Assembly (NCBI RefSeq): GCF_001194135.2
Contig: NC_068986.1
Span: forward strand, 39,065,942-39,119,180
Length of the DNA: 53,239 nt
Direction of reading: 5' to 3'
Source of the DNA: Octopus bimaculoides
Lineage: Eukaryota
Below, piece by piece: positions 10,620-22,600 of this stretch. The first letter of the stretch is position 1. Every line of letters starts with the position of its first letter. The notes below the pieces were generated by a model. It had not been told where the DNA came from. It searched no databases and saw only the letters and a list, made by a program, of their open reading frames with translations. Both the position numbers and the translations under genes were made by a program.

Positions 10620-13600
10620 CTGGTATAATAGAAAATACAAAAATTAGAACAGAACAAAACAAAAATCAATACAAATACACACACACACATATATATTGGG
10701 TTGTCCGGAAAGTTTGTGCCGATTTATAATAGCTTACCTTTCGACTTATTTGCCATGAAACCACCTCAATTCTGGGAAGAGGGTGTTCATATTTGGTTGA
10801 TTAAAAATGTAATGGCAAGTATTTGACCTTTTTCTTTCCTTTAAAAATCGGCACGAACTTTCTGGACAACCCAATATATAAAGTTTTAAGAATCTCATCA
10901 TTTGGTTTGAGCTTCCCAGGTCTATCTCACAATTTCGCCACCCCAACTGGTTTTCATACAATTCTTTCATATTTGCTTAAACAATTATTTAGTATCCACT
11001 GCATGTAATATATCTATCTTCTAGCTATTTTCTCATGTTCCTTGAATTTTTTCAAATTTACTTAACACAGTTGCAAGATCTAAGTTTCAATGAATCTAAA
11101 ATTACAAGTTTGTAACACACATTAGGTACAATAACAGAATTTTGATTCCAGAGTCACACAGTTTTAATTGATTGCCAACGCCATAACTGTTTAGCCTGTT
11201 TTTTTTTTCACCAGAGTGCACTACAAAATGCTGAAAGAAAGCCAACAAGGAACAGATTCATGTTAAAAAAAAAACAAACTATAAATCAACTTCAATGAAT
11301 GAGGTTATCACAATTGAATATTATAAATTTTAAAATTGAAGTTACATCACTAAATTTAGGATAACCAAATTGAGTACTTACTCTCCTGAAATTTCAACAG
11401 TGCAGCCTCTTCCACGGACAATAGCAACTGCACCAGTTCCTCGAGCATTTCTTGGTTTACTTCCTGGCCTTGGACGAGCTCTCAATGGACGCCTGGTAGG
11501 AGGTCGGAAACCTCGACCCCTTGAAAAACGAGCCTCATTCTGATAGAAAGTGAAAAATAAAAAGTCAATACGCTGGCTTGTGTGAGATAGGATTCAAATA
11601 CAACAATACATAATCTACTTAAGTTTGACAAAAGGCTGTCAAGTGACATAAGATTAAATTTTTGCGTATTTGCTCATTGGAATAATTTTTTTTAATTGTA
11701 CAGTACAGACAGCACCAGCAAATCAAATAGTGTACAGTTACAATATGAAAAATTCAAAAAGACACTGTAAGATGGATAATTAATTTGAGGGACAAAGTCA
11801 ACTCCAGAAGATGGACAATGTCAACTCCACAGTCCAAACACTGTGCTCACAGAGAATCTAGTACTGTTTTGTATTTTAGCATTATGGGCATAAAAGTTGT
11901 TCTTTGTCAGATGTTACAAATCAGCTTAACCCTTTTGTTATATTTCTGTTGAAAGACTGCTTCTGTTTCAGTNNNNNNNNNNGGGGGGGGGGGGATCAAG
12001 TAAAATAACTTTGTTCCAAAGACCAGCTTAATAATCACATAACTGAAAAATCAGGATTCAGATTGTTTTAAAACAAGTTTGTATCATGGAACCAGCTGTA
12101 GTCCTAGGTGAATTGGTATCAAAAGGTTAAGAAAAAAAAAGCCTCAACAATAGGCAGAAGCGTGACTGTTAAGAAGCTTGCTTCCTAACCACATGGTCCT
12201 GGGTTCAGTTCCATTGCGTGGTACCTTAGGCAAGTGTTTTCTACTATAACCTCAGTCCGACCAAAGTCTTGAGTAGATTTGGGAGACGGAAACTGAAAGA
12301 AGCCAGTCATATACATTATATATATATATATATATGTATATATTTGTGTGTTTGTCCCTCCACCATCGCTTGACAACCGATGTTGGTGTGTTTACATCCC
12401 CATAACTTAGCGGTTCGGCAAAAGAGACTGATAGATTAAGTATCAGGCTTACAAAGAATAAGCCCAGGGTTCGATTTCTTTGACTAAAAGGCAGTGCTCC
12501 AGCATGGCCACAGTCACAATGACTGAAACAAGTAAAAGAATAAAAGATTGAAGAAGATTCAATGTTTCTTACTGATGGCCTTAATCCTCTCCCCATGCCA
12601 TAAAGTGCTGCTGAAGCTTTTCCTCGGATTGCTCTGTTTGATGCAACATTACGAGATACTCTGCAAAATAAAATTTTCACAAGAAATATATTTCAAAATT
12701 TATATTTTGTTAAATGTATTTATGTGTAAAAGTGTTTAAATTTGGCCAGTAATGCTCTGATCACCTATCTTAACAACTTTTCAGCTTTTACAACATGTTG
12801 TGGTTTAGTCCTAATTTGGCTTTATAATCAAAGGAAAAGTGCATCTAGGAATACATTAGCCAATGCATTCTTCCCAAACACAGGAGATTGAGTTATAAAG
12901 ATTCTTTTTGGCTCAAAATACAAGTAGATTTGTTTTGTGTGAATGTTTCTGTGAGATTACTGTTATTCTTTTAGATAGTTGGATATTTCTTACACAAAGT
13001 TAAGGACTTGTCTTGATAAAGATCTATCAACCTCTAAATATTTTGTCCATTAAAAAAAGTAAAGAAAAAAATGGACTAGCATCAACAATCTATCTAGAAA
13101 TATTTAAACAATGAAGAAAAAAAAACATTAACAATGACTAATATCTAACATTTTAATTAGTTCAGCAAGTATAAGGGATAACTCTAGGCATGTTTTGATC
13201 TTAATAAACCTCCTCAGCAAAGCATAGATTTTATTCATGCTGATGTGTCAGGGATATTTTGTAGATGAAAAACTTGTTTAACCCAGTGGAGTGCCAGATA
13301 TATGGTCAAATAAAGTTCCGGTGGTCAGGGCTCAAAGGGTTAATGAATAAAATATCTGATTAAGTTGCTTCATTATTTAAAAATTGTGAAATAAGTCTGC
13401 TTAGCAATCAATATAAGTACACTTTAGATATATTCAGTTAAAAGGTGCATGAAATTACAGTACCTTTTGCCTGGTCCTCCAACTGACATAACTTGTGGAG
13501 CCATGTTAGATGCACGGCCTCGGGCCGCACCATGAAGATTTGGTCCCCAACTGCCAACGACAACTCCGGCTATCTCCAACTGCCCACCACGAGCATCTAC

Positions 13601-16600
13601 AGGCGAACGACCTTAAAAAAACAAAACAAAAGGAAACAATTTTATTTCCATAAATCACTGTTCAAACTTACAATCAGCTAAAAGAAAAATGTCTTTTAAA
13701 AAATTTTTTCAGTTATTCTTTTTTTTTTCTCTTCTGATGAAGGAATAGTGTCCAAAAATGTCAAAACTGTTTCTGTTCTTTTGAAGTTCAATAGAAAAAA
13801 GGGTTTAAATTTCTCATAGAAAGAGCTATTTAGCTTCAACAATTCTAGTAATTTTGACATTGGTTTTGAAAAGGATATCTTGTTAAGATTATTTGCATAA
13901 ATTTAATTATAGCCATATGACCACCTGAGGGCAGTGATATCAAACAAAGTAAGTCAATCAATGTACCAGCAGCTGTCAATTGCAAAATCATGGCTTCAAA
14001 TAATCAATGATTAATAATTGCTATTACACTGATTAGGCAATTAGAATCCCAACTTATTGTCTCATTTGTTGGAAGGAGGGAAACAAACAAACTAACATGT
14101 CTACTTCATTAGAAAGCTATCTTATTATCAAAAATAAGATATTCAATAAACTGGGTAAAATTTCAAGGAAAAATGTCCTGCAAGCTGTTTATATGTTTCA
14201 GCCAGATTCCAACGATTGCTTATGCTGTGCCATGTAGCCACTATACCACATTCTTTAAATGCACCATACATGCTACCCCATAAGAAAAAATATAAAACTT
14301 ACCAAGGATGCCTCGTCCTCGACCTTTGTTCTGGTTCTGTCCACCAGCAGAAATATTTGGTTGAATTGGAGGGGCACCAGGAGGCCGATGATTGAAGTTA
14401 ACATTAGAGTAGGGTGGAAAAGGATAATTGGTGTAGAGAGCAGTAGCAGGTAATGGGGCTTTGGCAAATTCTACTTTCAGTCCTTCTAAAATTGCTTGTC
14501 TCATTCGTTCAACCTTCAGTACTTGATCAACCTAAAAATGCGAGAAAGAAGTGTGAGAAATTCCAACAAAAGAATATAAAATGGATTCATTTGGATTGAG
14601 GACTATTTCCTTTGTAACTGAAGTCATATTGAGACAAAAGTTAAACCAAGTTTATAAATTGGAATACGTAGTCAACACTTAGATATTTTTGAAAACAGAT
14701 TGAAAATAACAGTTATAATCTAGAGCTATAATGCAAGATGGAATAACATATTTACCTTTTGGCAAAAAGAAAGTAAGTTACTAATAGATTATACACGGGT
14801 ACAATATGAAAACACCTTGTTTTCAATAATGAGAAGGCTATGCTGAGCTATTTTACTGACATATACTAACAATTGGGCAAGTTACAAACAAGGTAATAAA
14901 CATAGTGTGTGTGTGTGTAACGAATGTTTTCTTACCTGTCCATCACACATATCAATGAGAGGAGTATTGTTATTTGCTTTCAGAAGTTTGAAATGAAAAA
15001 GTTTGCCATCAAAGTATAACCAGGGGCAACACATGGTCCATGGAATTGGAGCTCCACAAATATCATTGGCAAAAATGGCAGTTTCAATTCCAGCCATAAA
15101 AAGAGATGCTAAGTGAACTCCACGGTTACTGATAGATGGTAGCTGTGGGAAAGAAAACCAAAATATATTTGAGTCACTCCACATTGGAAGATACAAACCT
15201 GTAACCACAATATTCCAAGTAGGAGAAATTGAGTTCATTGATGCTTACTTGACGTGACATAGATCATGAAACAAAGAAAGTATACCTGCTGGTTGCTGCA
15301 TGTGAGAGTGTGCACTGTGAGAGGAAAAAAGCTTTGAGAATGTGCTTAAGGAGTTTGTTCTCTTTGGAAGTGTATTACAAAATGGGTAGAGATGGACTAT
15401 ATGTAAGCTGAACCTCTCCCCCCCTTATTTATTAATTTTTTTAACGGAATCCCACGTTTTAGGCTATGGAGATTCCGATTCTGAAAAAAATTTTTTTCAA
15501 AAATTTCAATCCCCCCACCAAACAGGCTATTTACATGCTAGAAATAACAGCCAAATCTCACAAAACTAGTGTTAGGGTTAGGGTAAGGGTCAGTTTAGAT
15601 TTACCCTGTGGATCTATATAAAAANNNNNNNNNNNNNNNNNNNNNNNNNNNNNNNNNNNNNNNNNNNNNNNNNNNNNNNNNNNNNNNNNNNNNNNNNNNN
15701 NNNNNNNNNNNNNNNNNNNNNNNNNNTTTTTCAGAATCGGAATCCCCATAGCCTAAAATGTGGGATTCCGTAAAAAAAAAAAAGGGGGGGGGAGGTTCAG
15801 ATTACATATAGTCCATCTAGACCACAAAATGTATTGGTACACTATCTATATGAACAAAAACTAGTTTCATAAGATATTTTACAGAAGTCCCATCATACAT
15901 ACTAAAGACAATTATTACAACTTGTATACATACACAATTAACTAAAAAGAAAACAGTCACCCAACTCATTACAATGTGAAAAACAGATGGGGCTGTGAAA
16001 CAAACCAACGTTATCAGTTTTACTATAATAGTGTAGGTTAATAATTCAGTTAGCTAACTCAACCCATGACTTTTTCCCCTTTAGCTTCATCTGACTCTTC
16101 CTGCACATCCAATGCATTTTATCTGATATATTTCCGTTTCACATACTGACTTTAATGCATAGATATATTTCTCATCAACAGTGCTGCACTGCTGTCATTA
16201 CTGATGCATTATCAATATGTAAATTCTAGCACAATTACTTGTCATATAGGATAATGACAATTGATGTAAGATTATGCTTTGCCAGTAAATAGAACAGTTT
16301 CACTTGGTATTCAGAAAGCATTTAGAAAACAAGACTCGTATAATCTTTCCTCAAGAAACCAGTTTTTGTCATTATGACATTAAAACTACTTTAAGAAAAA
16401 AAAACTGTTCAAATTCTCAAATGTCCATACAGTATTCATTTATAGTCTCATCTCTTCTCCTAATATTAAAAATAAATAAAAAGAAAAGCAAATAAAAAAC
16501 TCCTACCAAACTGTTTAAAAAAAATTAAATAGAGATCAAATGAAACTAAATCAGAAAGAAACAATTTGGAAAAAAAATAAAAAGAAAAAAAAGAAAAGAA

Positions 16601-19600
16601 AAACATACTTTTAGATCCTGCATGATCTGAATGTCATGGAGAAGAGGAGACACTGCCATTGCTAAGAAAGCATCCAATTCTTGCCTTTGTAGAATTCTAC
16701 CATTTTGTAAAATATACCTAGGAATGGTAAATAAATAAACAAACAAATAAATAATAAAATAAGTTTCAAATTTTTGAATATCACATAAAAGAAGCAGATG
16801 AGTCATTCATGTGATATGAATAGCTAAGCCAGGACAAGAGAATGGGAAGTTCCTGCTGCTGATACTGCTGCATGCTAGAAAGGCAGTTAATGTTACAGGT
16901 GAGGGCAGAACTTGAGGTGTGAGCAAAGATAATAGAGAGACAATGTATTGAACAATATATATGTTAATGTAATGTGAGAAAAATATGCTCCAATGTTCAA
17001 ATGATGGTAATATAGATATTTTCCTCATACTCTTAATATGACAGATATTAATGGAAACTAATCATTCTAAATAAGTCAACCTGAAAATGCTTCTTTAACA
17101 GGTACAAGAATTGCTGTGTGGTTAAGAAGCTTACTTTGTTATATAATTTCAGGTTAAGTTTCACTGCATGGCACCTTGGGCGTCTTCTACTATAGCCCTG
17201 GCCTGACCAATGTGAGTCTGTAGGTGTTTGTTTCCTCTTCACCACCTGACAACTGGTGTTGGTTTGTTTACATCCTTGTAACTTACAGTTTCAGTAAAAA
17301 AAACAAAAAACAAACCAATAGAATAAGCACAAGACTTAAAATGTACTGGGGTTAATTTGTTCAACTAAACCCTTCAAAGTAGTGCCCCAGCATGTCTACA
17401 GTGCAATGACTGGAACAAGTAAAAAATAAATGAATAGTGTTACCAAAAAGATGAAGAGAGAACCAAATAGAGACTTCCATTAATATTCTTCATATCAGAA
17501 TAAACAAGAACCCACTAAGATTTTACTGTTTTAAATAAAAACGACAAAGTACCTGTGAACACAACACATAAGCAGTAAATGTTGTGGAACATAATTTGTG
17601 TTTAGCATCAAAGGAGTATCACTTTTAAGACAGGTAAGGAATGCTCTTAATCGTCTGTTTTTGTCATCAGCTTGCTGGCCTAGCCACAAACGCTCAATAC
17701 TTGGAGTTTTCCAGTCAACCGGATGTGCAACAACATATTCACAGTGTGGACTAAACACGCCTTTGCGGACTACCCATTCTTTGACACAGACCTCGAAGGA
17801 TTTGGAAGACTGGTCACCTGAAGAACAATGAAAAACAAGTTTATATTGTCATTAGGGAAAGGATATATGATAATGCAAAACCATGTCTAAGAACTATGGT
17901 TATAGACTACCAAGTTTGTTTTTCTGTGTCTTAAATGGTAGTGATAAACAAGAACAAAATAATAATTACTTCTTTGTTTAAATTAAGAGACAAGAAAAAA
18001 TAGTTCAGGCCATAACATAAATGTAACTGCTTAATGTATTATTATTATTAATGAATGGATAAATGAAAAAACAATATGCAACTTGTGACATGAAAGTAAA
18101 CTTCCAAGAATATCAACATTGACAGGATCTGCACTCCACAAAAAAAAAGAAAAAAAAAAAAAAAGACACAATCACAAGGTTTTTAAAACCTTATAATACT
18201 GTTATAATAAAAAATAAAATTCATATCTATTTATAGTCAGACTTTTAGAATTTTGTTTATTTCAAAAGATTCATTGCATAAAATGAAATGAAAATAAAAA
18301 AATTTTCCAGCTGGATTCTGCATTTCCAGCATAATTTAAGTTCCTTTAATTTCTATGAAGAAAAATCAATGAATTTAAAGTAATAATCAACATATAGTTC
18401 TTTTACCCCACAAAATCAAGCAGCACAAGTTATTATATAACATGACCATATATTATTTGCTAATAAATTGTGAATTATGTTACACTATTTAAATAAAGGA
18501 GTAGAGTATATAGTACATTATAAAGACTAAAATATAGCTTACCTTTATCTTTACTTTGATTTTCGTGAATAATCTTTAGTTTATTTAAATTAAAAAGCAC
18601 AGAATAAAGAGTTTGCCTGACAGGCCGATATAGTTCCACATAAGAAATAAGGTCTCGACTGACATCCTCTTCCAAGCATACCTCTAATTTGACTTCACCC
18701 TAAAATAAGCAGATATTTTCATAATCAATCCTCAAAAGTAGGAGACAGTAATGAATAAAAAAAGAAAAGAAAAAAAAAAGAAAAAAGGGGTTTCAGTAAT
18801 ATTTACCTGAGATAATAACTGATACACCCAGGGACTCATTAAACCTTTCTGGTGTCTTTCACTGGCTATACGCATAATTTCAGGAGATATTTGGGGAAGT
18901 TTAAATTCTACATCATTCTGTGAATGCTCATTTTTTACACATTTGTTCAAATTCTATATGAAAAAGATAAGCAGAATGTATGCAAAAGCATGTACAATAT
19001 TATTACACTAAATCTTTTTACTGATCAGAGATAAGAAAAAAATTTTCAAATGTTACTCTTAACTCATTAGCATTCAGATTACTGTCAAATGTAATGCTTA
19101 TTTATTCATTGCTTTGAATTAATCACATGGCTTTGATGTGATTGTTTTCTGAAATGCATCAATTAATTTCAGTTTGTTGACGACATTTGATGCATACATT
19201 TTCTTTCCACTATTTTGTTTTACTATCCTCCACATCTGTTCTCTTGTGCAAACAACTTTAAATTTCATGTGTCACATTTCAACTGCTTTTCCTGAACAGC
19301 TTTACATTCTCAAACTTCTTGACAGGCCTTTTTACCCTGTCTATTAAGAAACCCCAAAGATAATTTCTGAGCAGTTTTAATAGCAAGCTGCTTGTACTAG
19401 AGTTTGGTATTTAAATTAAATTATTATAACATGTGATTCTAATTGGTGAACACCAGCATAATTTACAAACCACTTCAAAGCCTTCACTTTATTGAAATGC
19501 TAAGCCAGCCTACTCGTGAAAATTATAAATCATGAAAAGATTGAAATTAAAATGGGGAAAAAAAAAAAAAAAAAAAAAAAACTTATTCACACATAAACCT

Positions 19601-22600
19601 AACATATTGAACATTATTTAAAGATTGAGAATATTGAAATAACATTACTTGCGGAAACTTTTGAGTCCATGTGTCATCATTTCTCTTAGAATCACCTGAA
19701 ATAAATACATCAAAATATCAACAATAGTGAATAAGATACATACCTCCAATTTCCCATACAAAGGAGTCACCTGAAACTGCAATTTTTAGAAACAGACTGC
19801 AAGACCTGGCTATAAGATGACTTGCATTTTTTTTTGTTCATCCATCTAAGCATATTACTCATGTCTATGCCTCTGAGCTCAATCTCTTCCTGATGAATCT
19901 CCCTCCACTCTCACAACTAATCTTCTTCACATCCAACCTTCCATCACCACTGACTATGGCACAATTCACTCAGCTGTTGTTATTGTGGGAGTAGAACTGC
20001 ACATATTTCATCCTCCTACCACAACTCCTCCCTGAAACCACTTTTTTCTCATGCATTCTCAATATCATCCCTTACCCCCTTATTTTCCAAACACCCCTTC
20101 TATTTCCCCTTTCCCCAATACATCACTACATTTTGTCAATGGCAGCCCTCCTTCCCATCACCTCAAATCATCTACTGTTCTGACCTCTACCTCTGAACAG
20201 GCCAACCCATGCCAGCTTAGAATATGACGATGCGTATATAGTAATTTGCATCAGGTCATTGACACAATATTTCATTAACTCACCAAATGAAAATGAAATT
20301 TAGCTAATAGAAACCATTTGGCATAAAATGAACAGGAATAAAATAGAAACATACCAGACTGATTGGCATCAAAGTCATGCATGTTCTGATTGGGTGGGTC
20401 AACAACAATTTGCGGGTTAGCATTATCAACATATCCAGAGGTTTCCTGAAGAGAAAATTTTCATATTAGACATGGCTTTGCAAATGTTTTTAAGCAATCT
20501 GAATCTTAATCGTAGCAATGAAACAAACTTAGAGTAATATATAATTTAGCTGAAAGAAATCTTAAACGTTTCTTAACTCTGGCTATATTTCTTTAGTAAT
20601 AATCTAACAAACTGAAAGAACACTTTATTGGTGATGACATAATTAGAGAGAAAAACCTCTTCATCATTTTAATACCGACCCGGCTGCAGCAGACTGAAAT
20701 TTTTTTCGTTCAAACAACCAACCTGGCTGTAGCTGGCCGAGCGTACCCATTGTTATCTAAATGCAAATTTGAACACAAATCTTGTTAGTACATTCGTGAA
20801 AACACATAATTTCACTTTGAAAATAGTTGAGTTAGTATTTGACATGATATCTGAACTCAGTGAATTTTTGGAGATTTTCTTCCACATTTTTTCTGTGTTG
20901 ATTTATTTCAACTTTGAAAATGGATAGGAGTTTCATGCTATCAAGCAGTGATTTCAAATTTTAAAGTTTTTTAACGGAAGATATGGAGATATTGAGAATG
21001 AATCGGGTATTTCTGTATCTGAAACTGAAAGTAGCGATTCTGAAGAAACTAAAAGCAGTGATAGTGACAGCAAGTATTATGTCATGAATACAATTCATGA
21101 AATTGAACCAGTATTTACATGTGAGAGACACTAGCAGTACCCCAGTAAGTGGAGAACCAAACTTTGATCCCTTATTTAAAATAAGACCCCCCCCCCTCAT
21201 CGACTGCGTTCAAAATGCATATAAAACACTTTACAACCCTGACAGATCCTTATCCGTTGATGAAAGTATGGTGGGGCATAAAGGAAGGGTACACTTCCGA
21301 CAGTATATGCCAGGAAAGCCCACAAAGTGGGAGATCAAAGTTTGGGAAATTTGCAAAGCAAATACTAGGTACTGCTGTGGGTTTAGTTTTTATACTGGGG
21401 AAAGAGACAATAATGTTAGTCAGCATGGCCTAGGGTATGATGTGGTCTGGAATTTATCACTTCCATACCATAAGCAGGGCCGTATATTATTTTTTGACCA
21501 ATTTTTTTGTTTGGTCAAACTCGCAGTGGATTTAGAAGCTGTGACAATGTCTACACGTGCTACAGTAATTGCTCGTAGAAAAGGGCTGCTGTTGGATATA
21601 AAAAAAGCAAAATTAAAAAAAAAAGAGGTGAAATAATCCAATGGCAGAAAGGAAATCTGTTGGCGACCACATACAGAGATAAGAAGCAGATAAATTTTCT
21701 ATCTACTGGTGCACAGCCATGTGTAGATGAAAATGGCACCGTTTGCGAACCTCGATTATAACAGGTACATGGGCGGTGTGGATTGGCCGAACCAAGTGAT
21801 GGGTAATCTGATTGGTAGACCAGGTAGTAAGTGGTGGCAATACCTGGTTTGGTATAGAGTAAACATGAGCATTGTAAATGCACTTATATACCAAATCAGG
21901 AGGGGCTCATTTTCTATGGTGAAGTTTAAAATATATTTTTATATTTTGCTCAGTTTACCTGTATTTACCCATAATTAGAGTCACTTTGAGATAAAAGTTA
22001 TGCAATAGAATTGAAAAAGAACTCTTTCTTCAATTATGTCCCCAAAATCACAATATGTTGATAAGTAAAAAAGTTACAATTGTTTAATGAAACTAGTCTA
22101 AATTCATGATTATTTTAGAATTTAATTGAAACTCATGAGGAGTGTATTTTGGTCAGAAATATAGTAACAAAAGGGTTAATATCTAGGTGTAAAAAAATGA
22201 GTTGTGTTAGGGAAAGTAGGATGTTCTAGGTACAACATAGCAAAATGTTACTTGTTCCAACTGTGAAAAAACTAACTTTAAACAGCTTTAATTACATACC
22301 ATATAGAATTAAGTCTTCAATTACCTGACTATAGTTTTAACTGATGTCAAGTTTATCACATAGTTTATAGATTTGAAAATTTAATCTTTAAGACAATATA
22401 TCTTAAAATGTTCATACAATTAGCCAACTACTAATCAGAATATTTAATAAATTAATTTAAATACATTAAAAACTTACACTTGTATCAGATTTATTTTGGC
22501 CATTTTGAAGATAGCTGCCAGTTTGTTGTGGAAGACCATTTACTAAAGAAAATGAAATAATGAAAAAACATCAAAGAATGACCACACTCTTCCTCTCCAA

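Noticed and set aside
11382-11522. Alternative AAG acceptor inside exon 16 that would join exon 14 directly
   Set aside because: Exon 15 (12573-12660) has canonical sites and resolves the phase; the internal acceptor is unnecessary, though not impossible.
15572-15593. Interstitial telomere or chromosome fusion site
   Set aside because: Only two exact TTAGGG units, and they are internal to a TIR element.
20724-20757. Exon-like AG...GT segment (NNGYARPATA) on the minus strand
   Set aside because: Lies inside the piggyBac subterminal region and is not needed for phase continuity.
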